Part shown: positions 24,675 to 36,409 of the stretch, piece after piece
Layout: each line of letters starts with the position of its first letter
Numbering within the stretch: the first letter of the stretch is position 1
Assembly: GCA_964106645.2 (NCBI GenBank)
Contig: OZ067047.1
Direction: 5' to 3' (one strand)
Source: Podarcis pityusensis
Taxonomy: Eukaryota
DNA: 64,000 bases
Notes under the pieces: generated by a model
The model's input: only the letters and a program-made list of their open reading frames with translations
What the model was told of the DNA's origin: nothing
Database searches by the model: none
Made by a program: the position numbers and the translations under genes

Positions 24675-25736
24675 ATTATTATTGACTGAAGCCTTGAGTT
24701 CTGTCTTAGCTTTTCTACTTCAACAGTATTTCTGAGTGGGTCAAGGCTCCAGTGGGATATAATGACACCAAAGTAAATAGAAGAGTTTAAAACCAAAGAA
24801 TTGTTTCTCCAGATTCTGTCAGCAATTTGTACCACGCTAACTGAAACATTGCTTCAGTAAGAAAAGCATACATGCATTGAAGTAATGCAAACAACATTAG
24901 TATCAGTGGCATGGAAGGGACGGACCCATCATGAGGCTACAAAAGGGTAGATTCTGAATGATACTGAAGTAATAGGCTAGGACAAAATTGTTGTGTGATG
25001 TTAAAAGTTATATTTTAATTCTGGAAAATAGGGTAGCAGACCTGAAAAGTAAGAAGACTGCCAATGTACCACAAAATAATAATCATAATTTGGAATTATG
25101 AAACGGATCTTAATATCACATTACTGAATTTTAATGTGCTGTGAATGTGCATTGATTCACCCCACTGGTGTGTGCAACTGTTGGGGAGAGATTGATGCAT
25201 TTTTACACAAAACATATTTACATTATTAATATGTTTGAAATAAGATGGACATTCCACATTTTACTTTTTAACAGATACATATTCCAATCTACAAAGCAGA
25301 GAAGAAATATACCTAGATTTGGGCCAATTTGATTTTGATTTGTTTTGCTTGATTGAGAGATACAGGAAACAAGTTTAAACACATGTACTTAAATCCAACT
25401 GTGGATCAGGCTATCTCAGTCACATACCACTGCACAATCACAAACCATTATTGTACGTATACATCCATTTGTTCACCGGATTATACCAGCCACTTTATAA
25501 TAATTCCATACAAGCTTTTAAACCAAACTGCAAAAATAAATTTCAGATACAAATATTGTAATTTCTCTGATATTTATAAAAGAACTTAGTCAAAGAAGAA
25601 GAAGAAAAGGTGGGAAATCATGCAGTGTAAAATAAAATATAGCATACATGGAGCTGAGGAACTTTCCATCTGCAGAATCCAAAAAGAATGGCAATGCACA
25701 GGCTCACCATATGTTTAAATGCTGAAGGTCCAATGA

Positions 25737-25870
25737 CTATTTCAAAGCTTTTGCCTTCTTTTTGCCACTTCCCCATCCACCGCTGAGCTGAACTGGATGG
25801 TCTCGAAATGAGATCCGCTCTTTATGCGAGGGCCCCAAAGGTGATCTTTCAGGCACAGGTGCATCCTTTT
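25737..25870 (-). CDS. LRRIQ1: LRRIQ1 distal terminal coding exon
   Basis: Acceptor TTTCTTCTTGTGTAG; phase matches the 36289 donor (A+AA=Lys). Open frame KDAPVPERSPLGPSHKERISFRDHPVQLSGGWGSGKKKAKALK ends in TAG at 25737-25739; GC/CpG-richer than its AT-rich flanks. Confidence 0.8.
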
Positions 25871-28664
25871 CTACACAAGAAGAAATTGGTATGAAAATGC
25901 TGTTGCTCAAGTCATCTTTAAAATAATAACAATAATAACAAAATAGCAGCCTCTCATCATGCCTAATTTTGTTACTTAGTTCCTAATTCAAAAAGTTTTA
26001 GCAGAAAATCTAAGCTACTTTAAAGCCATTAACTGATTAAAAACTTTGATCTCAATGGCAATTTGTGGATATTTAATATGTGTGTGCTCTCTCACACGTG
26101 TTTCTTCTGAATAAATGCAGATAAAACATTCATTGGCCGGGAAATCACACTAACCACATTGGCGGAAATAAGAGATGTGCAGAGTGACAACATTGTGATC
26201 AGCACTGAATACTATTTCACAAGCGAATGCCTCTGATTAAGCATATACATTTTAAACACATAGTTAACACATTCACAAACTGCATTGATAATTCATTCAC
26301 ATTTACATGCTATCTCGCAACTGAGATTTGTAAAAAGCATGGGCAGGAACAGTATTTTAGGAATATCAGAATCAAATTGAAAAAGTCCAGACATATAATT
26401 TACATATTCATTGCTTCCTTTTTGTGTCCAATTATTTCTTCGTCATTTGCACATACCATATTTCATGAACACATAAGTGGCACAGAGATATCATTTTTAT
26501 GGATTCTGGCATTTTTTAACCACATGAAGAAAATTCCAGATGATTTATAGGGCCAACGGGTTACTATTTTAATTTCTCAGCCCAACATACGCTAGCCAGA
26601 CTTCCACCAAGGGAAAGACAGAGGAAGTCACCATTTACTCCACTGAATAAGAAATGGGGAAAGCTGACCTAAATATTGAATTTTTATTCAAATCTTAAGT
26701 CTTCAGTGGTAACTATGTAGCTGTCAATAACACCTTCAGAAATTTCTGAGTACTATGTAGGGCTCTAATCAGCCTCAAACAGGAGCCATATAGCACTCTC
26801 TGGGGCTTGTCAGATGTAGTTTTATCACTTCCCTCCACTATACAATATAGTGATCATGGTAATGGGTTCAGGATGAGGGCTGGCTGCCCATCCTGAATCT
26901 GAGTGCTTCATTGCTCTATAACTGCTACTGTCGGTGGTTGAATATAGCACTGCATGTGTGTGTGTCGCTTGCCACAAAATGTTCCTGGCCTCCAGGGTAA
27001 CCTTAGCTTAATTTGACTAATTCCTCCAGCCTCTTCTTCCATTTTCATCTGCTTCAACTGATACCTTCGTCATTCCACAGTCCATCTGCCCACAACCACA
27101 CTGTGATAATGTGCATTTTGTGCTGGATGCAGGTACATTTTTGGGGTGCTGCATACACATATCATTCCTGTCTTGCACCATTCATATATATAAGGCTCAT
27201 CCTGCTGGAACGGTTATAATCCATTTTGTACCGAGAATGAACTTCTCAAGTGCTTTCTGTCTCCCTGTGTACACAGAGAGCGCTTTTTCATGTCATCTTC
27301 TATTGGGGTGGACTTTCTGACATTGCAAGGCCTGTGCCAATTCACATTTTCCAGTCTAGCTACATGCACTAGGAAAAGCAGGGAACAGACCATGGGTATA
27401 ACCTCAGATTTGTATTGATTTAGATTGATGGGGCGGGGCAGCTGCCCCCTTGCCCTCCCTTGGCTACACCCATGGAACAGACTGTAATTGATAAATCAGT
27501 ACACCAGTTTCTGTAGTCTCTTTTTAGGGACAGCTAGCATTTTGAATGACCAAAAATAATTTCAAAAAAGTACTATGGAACAGCATGTGCTCAGCTGCAG
27601 TGTGGTATTACATCATTTCTGCCCACAGCCAGGAGGCATGGGAACACAAATTTAGGGGAGTAGATAGCACCAATGTGTTGGTGTACATGTACTAGTTGGT
27701 ATACATACCCACCTCTGTGTACAGACAACATGGACAGTGGTGGCTGCTTTGCCTAGTATTATAATGATGTGAAGAGGTGTACAATTAAAAAGCACTATCT
27801 ACAAAAGTGCTTCACACTGTGAACATAGCCTAATTGTGCATTTCGCACAGCGTCCCCAGTTTCTGGTTCATGCAGACATTCAGCACTTCCCAAAATGGAA
27901 ATGAGAGAGCACATTGAAAACAATGCAGAAATGAGTCATTATAGTTGTGATTAAGCTGTACTGCGCCCTCCCCCCAAAAGCAAAAGACAGGAATTTCTGT
28001 CTTTCATTTTAAATGTGAGCCCAAAATTCCCTCTCCAGGCAATTAAAAGTCTTGCTCATATTTTTCTCATCACTATTCTTTCGACATTCTACAGGTCATG
28101 GAAGCTCACAGGCTCCCCCCCTTTTTAATACAAAAACCTTTCACATAAACTTTTGCATACCTAATTAACAAGTATGTGAAAACCAGAATCATGGGTTGTA
28201 TCCAAGTAAGTCCAAGTCAGAGTAGAGCCATTAAAATTAATGTCTGGTCATGCGCATCATTCTTAGTGAGTCTATGTTGGATATAGCCACTTGCTTTTAG
28301 GTGGTCTCATTTTGCTTTCAAACAGACACTTGCCTACTTAGGTTCACTATTAGAAGGAATGTGTAATTTTAATGTAATTCCACATATTAAATTAGGAAAA
28401 TATGCATCTTTCCATCTGAGTACACACCAGCTGGTGCCAACTTCAGTTCCTTGAGATGCATAAGTCTTTTGCAAGTATATTTCACAGTATGCATTTTGTT
28501 TATACATTTGCAGTGTATACAACACGGCTACTAAAAGTGGATATGGCCTCTAGATGGATGTGTTTATAGTCAAAATCATCCAAAGCCTCTGATATGGCTT
28601 CGTCTGATAAATGAAGGTAATTCAATGACTTTAAAAATGTTAAGAAGAGCTGGTTGGATCAGTC

Positions 28665-29177
28665 CAGTGGTTTTCAACCAGTGTGCCATGGAACTCTGGG
28701 GTGCTTTGAATGATGGTCAGGGGTGCCGTGGGCGACACTGGTCTCTGTCCCTCTTTCCTTTCCTCCTTCCTCTGATGCCCTCTCATGTCTCTGTCTCCCA
28801 AAGCCTTGCATGGATGTTTGTCATAGCAGCCCTGACTACAAGTTTCCCAGGTGAATGGTGCCTCTGGGGCTGGCCAGGGGGTGTTTCCCAGGCCCCTGTG
28901 GGGCAGTGTGAGAAGGCACCTCTCTTTGGGGTGGGCAGCTCAAAGACCGGGGGGGGGGGGGAGCAGCTGCGGTTGCCCAGAGGACTCCCAAGAAGAGGGG
29001 AGAGGAGAGGAGGCTGAGGGAACATGCCACAAGGGAGGGTGTTTGAAAAAGGGTGAGAGGCTGCCAGCTCTGCGGGCAAAGGGTGACATAACTGGGCTCC
29101 TGAGCCCCACAGGGGTGCCGCAGAAAGAATGTAGTGGGTCAAGAGTGCCGTGGACACAAAAAGGTTGAAAACCTCTG
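28665..29177. mobile_element. Non-autonomous hAT transposon (513 bp)
   Basis: TIR CAGTGGTTTTCAACC / GGTTGAAAACCTCTG; perfect 8-bp TSD GATCAGTC. Confidence 0.92.
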
Positions 29178-29864
29178 GATCAGTCCATTGATCTATCTAT
29201 CTACCCAGTGGCCAAACAGCTGCCTCTGGGAAGCTCCCCCAAAAAGACCTAAGCAAAACAGCAATCTACTCATTTGCAATTAATTCCCAGCAGTTGCCAT
29301 TGTAAAACTTTAGCCCCAATCCAGTTAAGTGTAATCATGACCAAGTCCTGTTGAAATGGACAAACCATAAATTTAATTCCATCACTTTCAATGGTGCAAT
29401 GAGAAGTGACACAATAAATCTGTTATCAGGAACTGCATTTCCCCATAAGTTAAAAGGGGTGGGTGGGAGAGAGATGCAATAGAGATGAGATGTGGAAATA
29501 AGAGTGAGAGCAGGGAGGCAGTTAACTCCCCCCCCCCTTGGTTTTTCTAATTCATTCCTGCTCTAAGCTGTGAATTATCCCATGAAAGAAAACATAGCCA
29601 CAAAGCAAACAGCAACCTTGGGGTGTGAGATTCAACCTGTTGTGAGAAAAGGGTTTAAAAGTTGCACTCCCAGCACCAGGCTCTGGGTTGATTCATACCT
29701 CTGTGGCTGCATTTAATGCTTAAGAAAATGCCTTCATAGTAAAATGCTGATCACATATTGTGTCTAGTTTGAGCCTTAGTCACAATTAACTTTATCTGTG
29801 TCTCAGTCTTTGCTTCAATCCTCTGGCGCTTAGAAGTAGGTAAACTAGATTTGTGTGTGTAAAC

Positions 29865-30110
29865 CATGGGTAGGCAAACTAAGGCCCGGGGGACGGATTC
29901 AGCCCAATCACCTTCTAAATCCGGCCCGTGGACAGTCCTGGGAATCAGTGTGTTTTTACATGAGTAGAATGTGTGCTTTTATTTAACAAGCATCTCTGGG
30001 ATATTTGTGGGGCATAGGAATTTGTTCACCCCCCCCAATATAGTCTGGCCCCCATCAAGGTCTGAGGGACAGTGGACCGGCCCCCTGCTGAAAAAGTTTG
30101 CTGAACCCTG
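29865..30110. mobile_element. Non-autonomous hAT transposon (246 bp)
   Basis: Ends CATGGGTAGGCAAACT / AGTTTGCTGAACCCTG; perfect 8-bp TSD GTGTAAAC. Confidence 0.9.
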
Positions 30111-30186
30111 GTGTAAACTCTATATTTTACTGTTGCTAGCTGCTCTGAGCCCGGCTTTGGCTGGGGAGGGCGGGATATAAATAAAA

Positions 30187-30233
<47 letters not shown>

Positions 30234-30238
30234 TATTA
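30187..30238. repeat. (TTA)n microsatellite (LINE tail)
   Basis: Directly visible. Confidence 0.95.
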
Positions 30239-33200
30239 CCCTGCTTCTTTAACAGCTTTCACCAGAACTTAAACCAATTACAAGAAGTTGCACTTAAGAT
30301 TAGAACAGCAGTATTAAGGAAAAAAATAGATGTGGTTCATCTTATGTGACTGAGTTGCATCTAGACATTTCCCTATGTGAATGGAAGGATTCCTTCTTGT
30401 ACAAATGGTACTCTAATCCAGTGGATGCTTCCACTCACTGGATGCTCCTGCAGGAGGCAATTTTTGCTGATCTCTTCCTTGCTGCAGTCACTGCATACAC
30501 TGTTCCGGAGTCCCCATCCCCCCCCCGACCCTATGGAGCAGAGGGCTGAAGAGGTAAGAGGGAATTGCTGAAAACTGTCTCCTCCCCTTTCACCCTCGGA
30601 AGCCCCCAATTAGTGAGACTCTTCTTCAGGCAAGCCTGGATTCAACCCATGCTGTTTGGTTAATCAGAAATAACTCTGGACTTATAGTGAACTTTCCCCA
30701 TTAAAATTATAAGAACCAGATAAGGAACTCTATTCTAAGAGCAACACTGATGTTAATCCAGTTATGCCTTTGGTGAGGTTTCTAATTAAGCCAAGTGAGA
30801 AAGCAACATTATTGAGTTTGTCTGCTTCCTTAACTGGAGGCGTAACTTTAAGGTTGGAAAATTGTGATGAGGAAAAGGTAGGTGGGAGGAACAGCATTAG
30901 AGTTTTTGAAACTATAATTTTCTTGTGAAAGAGTCAGTCCCTCATTTTGTGTTTAGACTGAAGAAAGTGCTCAGGGCTATTGTTTTGGTATGACATCCTT
31001 GATCCAATAATTGTCATTATAAGTTGCTGCCTCTTATAAATTTTATGAGGGTATGAACTATTTCTTTGTCTATCTTTATGAAATCTATTTTCTTATCTTC
31101 CTTACTTCCTACCCAGCCTTTGTATCTCTGGGTCTGTTTTCATTTATAAAAATATTGTTCTGAAGTGGTTTGGCACTTCGAGAGATTTGGTGAAAAGTGT
31201 TACAAGACTACCACTTAAATAGCAATAGGATGCAATCTATCCTGAGCATCTCTTTCAAAAAGATCGTGGAAAGGAATGAGAATTGTGCAAGAGTGCAACT
31301 GTGCTCGAAGCTTCCTTTCATTCTAATATGGCTTGGGTAAGAACAACAACAACAAAAGGAATCCTGCTGGGCTGTATCTAAAACTTTGTATTAGGGACTT
31401 GAGCTTCAAAATGTGATTTTCATTTGATAAATAAAATAAAATGTTTACTTTTATTTAATAATGGTATGAGCATTATCTTTTCTAAAAGATACCCACTAAT
31501 CTGCTTATTTATTTCATAAACTGTATCCTCAGTAAAGGAACCTGTATTATTAAATTTGATGTTAAGAGCCACAGTGTATCCTGTAGCTTCAAAATCCCAC
31601 ACAGAACTACATGGGGAAGTGCAAGTGTGACTTGCAACACAATGTTGCAGCCTGGGGTGCTCCTGTTCAGGTTTCAGACAGACATTCCGCCATTCCCCTT
31701 ATACCCTGGTTTTCTGTGCCCCTGCTCCACCCATCAGCTAGTGCTGTGTGCCCACTAAACACCAGTAGTCACTGGGCTTCATTTTGCCATCTTTTAAGGA
31801 TTTTGCTCCCCTCCCTGTGGTATTATTTTGGCTACATAAGTTCCAGCATTTGAAAAACAGATTTCACTGTATGTATATATGTTGTGGTATTGCCTCTCAT
31901 AACTTCAGCAGTGTTATTCAGGTGCTGGATAATTTCTTATTTCGTTGCTTTTATAAATATATTTTTGATGGAAAAGAGAGAGGACATTCTTAAGTGGACA
32001 GTTATGGCTTCTGGAATCATTGCCTTATTCCTTTCTGCCATTTAGAAAATGTATGTTGTGTACCAAACATAATATGGGTGTAAGTAGGTGTAGCAAGAGA
32101 ATAATGATTTCCAGTGATCTTTATCTTCCTATCTGATACATCACTGTTAACAGAAAGTCGAGGAACTCTGGGAAAAACCAATCAGTAAATTCTCCTGTGT
32201 GAACTCCATAGAAACACACAATAATTTTGCCACAGCAGAGCCATATAACTACTTCATCAAACAGCAATCTCAAGTGCTGATGTCTATGTAGCTTAACTGG
32301 GCCACTGGGAAACAAAAGAGAGATACTAACATTCTTGGTGTAGCACTGAGGTTTGCAGGGATGAAAAATAGAAGAAAAAACCCTCTGTGGGGAAAAACTC
32401 CAAAATAGCCTAGTAATATATAAGATTCACAATTGATGGGGTGGGAAAAAGGAAAGTGGAATATAGTACCCACGAATAAGGAATGACTGGCTGGCTTGGA
32501 CTCTGAACACTTCACACTATAACATTCTGTTACAAATCTCAACTTGCTGCATGGCTCCTAGCTAAGTTTACAGTACCAAACATATTGGTACTGCCCTCAA
32601 CCTTCCCATCTCTAGTTTTTCTTGAGAGTTCTTCATGTAGGATAACCCTTAATTTCAAAGTCAACAAATGTGTTAGGAGGAGACAAAAGGAAACAAAAAA
32701 GAACAGAGTTCTCTGCTTATGATTGTTACCAAAGGGCCGATATTTCTTTGTAATGTTTCTGAGATCACAAGCCCTGTTGTTGTCAAACTAATACCACAAC
32801 AACCACACATTCGTACACAAAAGCTACTCTTTATAAAACCACAATTACAATAACAGATAAATACAGAATTCCAGTTCAACCTTGTACTACATCATGTTTT
32901 GTGCATATAAACCATTACTGCCTTGATATGTTTTCACAGGAGCAGCAAGCCATAACCCTGGAAGCTGAATTCCTGGAACAGAAGACCATGTTCTTGAAGC
33001 ACCACTCCAGAAATTGCATACATGGTGGACCTAGAAAAGGTTCTGAGGCTTCTGGTGCCACATGAGGTCAATGATATTATTATCCCTTTAGCAGATCAGA
33101 AGGTTCAGGCATGGAATGTGGGAGCCTTGCATGCTCTGCGGACTCTGTTGCAGTAAGAGCAGTCAGATGCCACAGCGGAAGCCTTACAGTGTAGAAAAGG

Positions 33201-34234
33201 GTGCCCTCAAAATGTACCCAGGCTGCTCTACATCTGTGTCATATGCGTTCCCCAGAGCTGGCATGAAATAACCTGAGTCTGCTCTTGGAATACTTCTGCC
33301 TGAATTGGGAAGTCCAAGGTATTTGGGTTGGGGTGGAAGCATCCTTTATAATCTATAGCATTTGGCAAACTGAATGTGTGTTTTCACAATGTAAAATTTT
33401 ACAATGTAAAATTTTGTGACCGTTACAATGAAAAAAGCGTTTGCTAGACACTCAGGTGATTTAAATTATTTGTACCCAGCTATTCAAAATTTCAATAATA
33501 TTTTGAGTCAGATTTTAAGGTGCCTGCATGTACAAAAAACCTGCAAAATTAAATGCGTGCTGAAAAGACTTCTTAAATTTGAATAAATGCTCATTTCCCC
33601 CAGGCATTAAGTTCTCTTCTCTTTAATCTATTTTCTTTGCTAATTATTTGTTCTGTGCGCTCTCTCTCTCTCTGCCCCCCCGACTAAATCCTCTATTCTT
33701 TAACAGATGTCAAAGTTGACATACAACTCTGTTTTGATAAGTAATGCAGTATAGGAAATATTTGGAACTTTTATTGGAGGGGGCAGGAAGAAAGAAAAAT
33801 AGAGACTTTGCAAATCAGTGTATCGGCATACCATAAAGTCTGCTAAGACGTCATAGAATTTTCACCAGTCTATCTAGAACTGTGTGACGTATTTTATAAT
33901 TTAGCCAAATCCTTTACCATATTGTATTACTTAGTAGCAAATACAGTATGGTTGTGTGAGAGAGGAAATCAGCTATTTAACAACAGTGACCAGAACAAAT
34001 CTTTTGCTGCAAAATGTTTACATCAGTTTGAAGTTATGTGAAATAAGTAGAATTTAGCAAGTTGGCGTTGAAGTAATGTTTTGTTATTTTTATTCTTTAA
34101 ACCACGTTTCTTGGGTCTGTCCTGAAATCATTTATTTAAATATTTAAATCATATGTGCATACAATGATAACTGGTGAAAGCTTTTTTAAAGATAATGTAC
34201 GATCAACAACTGTAAGCCTGTTAACACGACATGT

Positions 34235-34239
34235 ACACA

Positions 34240-34285
<46 letters not shown>
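34235..34285. repeat. Compound (AC)n(AG)n microsatellite
   Basis: Directly visible. Confidence 0.97.
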
Positions 34286-34289
<4 letters not shown>

Positions 34290-35819
34290 ATCACAGGAGA
34301 GGATTAGGCTGAAGGAAAGTATAGGCCTCACAATCTTTTAGTGAATGAAAAACTGTCCCCCTGCCCTGGCAAAGGGAAACTTTTACTGAGAAGGATGCAC
34401 CATTTATCTTTTAAAAAAGCAAATAATGGAACTCATTGATTTCTAATCTATGCATTTCTTTGAGTTCAGTTTGCAGAGTGTGCCTTTCTCCAGATCCAAG
34501 TCAACGAATGATATTTTCAAATAGATTTACTTATTATTGCAAGTATTTATTTTACCATAGTAGGAAAAATGTAAAAGTGTTGTAGTCCTTTATATTATTA
34601 TGAAAAAGTGTTTCAGAGCATGACTGTTGCATGTGTTTCAATCTTACTCATGTTTATTCAGAAGCAAGCCCCACTTTGGGCTTTCCCAGGGAGTACGCAG
34701 AGGATTGCAGTCTTAGACTTCTTAGAATGTGAAATAGCCCAAACCAAAAACAAAAACAAAGAAGTCTAGAGCTGCCATGCAAGAATTCTCTTTTGAAACT
34801 AAGAGGAGTTTCATAAAAGCATTCATCTTTGGAATCAAATTAAAAATATTAGCAAAAATCACTGGGGCATACAAACTCTTCAGTGCCAAAAGCAGCTAAT
34901 TGACTCTTTAAGCCAAAATTACTCTAAGCTTGAAAACTGATTCTCCAGATTTCTTAGAAAAATTAGATAGAATATAAATGAACATAGTAATGCAACAGAC
35001 CTCAGCTTTATTCACTAATAAGTACCTTTGAAACATTATTATGTCTCAATCTTATTTTTCTTATAGTTTTTAAATACTAAAATATTTCTGATTACTTTTT
35101 CTGGTAAATCACGTATTTCTACCTGTCCACCAATTCTTTATAAAAGCGCTATTTAAATATATGTTTCTGAATAAAAGCTGCCTTTTTCTTGTATTCAACA
35201 TACACTTTCATCCTAAGCATTTGTACCAACTCCACCAGACATTTTCTATGAAGGAATCATAACTTCAAGTAGTGTGATGCTATACTGGTATAGTTTTGGT
35301 ATGCCCAAACTTTGCAACTTGTATGGTAGCAAAGCAAATCTTGGTGTTAGACTTATTGCACTATGTGCTTAACTGCTGTTTGTGGATTAATTGCATACTA
35401 TACTCTTTTTTTGCCTTCAACTTCTGTAAAGAAAAGTACACTAAACTGTTCATGTCAAATTACTGATTTAATACTTGTGGATTAAACAATTATAAAGACA
35501 GAAGACTCTCATTTTAAATCAAAGCTGCACTACTAAAGTGAATGAAACCATGCCATTTGTCTCACTGAAAGCAACCAATGAGCAAGTGGTTTCAGGATTA
35601 GGCCTTAAGCAGCAGACAAATACCCATCTTCAGGAAACATCAAAGGGTTTGGTAGGGCCTAGAGGAATAAGTAACTAAATTATAGGTTTTAGTTAAACAA
35701 AATCTCTGACGATTCTAATTTTCCACGTGGTTTTATGCACACACATTATCATACACACTCTCTTTAAATCAATTTGTCAATCACTCTCCCGTTCATACAC
35801 ATCTAAAGATATATGTATG

Positions 35820-35946
35820 CAGTGATCACCCCCAAAAAATGTTTAGGGGTACTCTCATTTTCCTACTCATATTGAAATACTGCCCCTCAATGAGGCCAAA
35901 CTTAGATTCACAAAACGTTTAAGGGTATGCATACCCCTGCGTCCCC
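35820..35946. mobile_element. Probable hAT-type MITE truncated by the assembly gap
   Basis: Starts CAGTG; internal repeat AAAATGTTTAGGGGTA / AAAACGTTTAAGGGTA; runs into a C-run and then Ns. Confidence 0.55.
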
Positions 35947-36111
35947 NNNNNNNNNNNNNNNNNNNNNNNNNNNNNNNNNNNNNNNNNNNNNNNNNNNNNN
36001 NNNNNNNNNNNNNNNNNNNNNNNNNNNNNNNNNNNNNNNNNNNNNNNNNNNNNNNNNNNNNNNNNNNNNNNNNNNNNNNNNNNNNNNNNNNNNNNNNNNN
36101 NNNNNNNNNNN
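35947..36111. other. Assembly gap (165 N)
   Basis: Run of N. Confidence 1.
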
Positions 36112-36288
36112 ACATGCATACACTAACATTTCAATATATCTATAGGCATACATTTTATATTCACATAAAATTTCAAAATAAGGGCAGAAGTAGAGACGAA
36201 ACCACCACTGTCCTGTCATTTGATGCGAAGCCCTGTCAGGTGATTCAAGCTTTATCTAGCTGATTATTAAAAGGAAAGTACAACTTAC

Positions 36289-36409
36289 TTGAAGGTCCTG
36301 CAGAGTGTCTGTGTGGCTGATTATTTTTTTCTTTGCTCTGAGTCAAAGTACTTCCACTGGTCATGGAAACAAGCTCTAAATCCGTGTCTTCTCTCCTTAC
36401 AGGGCTTGT
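36289..36409 (-). CDS. LRRIQ1: LRRIQ1 penultimate exon (121 nt); reads through to TGA at 36245-36247 if the donor is not used
   Basis: Acceptor TTTCACTGCTTCCAG, donor CAA|GTAAGT. Encodes TSPVRREDTDLELVSMTSGSTLTQSKEKNNQPHRHSAGPS, matching the recalled human ...REDTD...KKNQAHRHSAGSS. Confidence 0.92.

Noticed and set aside
35867-36219. ORFs spanning the N run
   Set aside because: Artefacts of the assembly gap.
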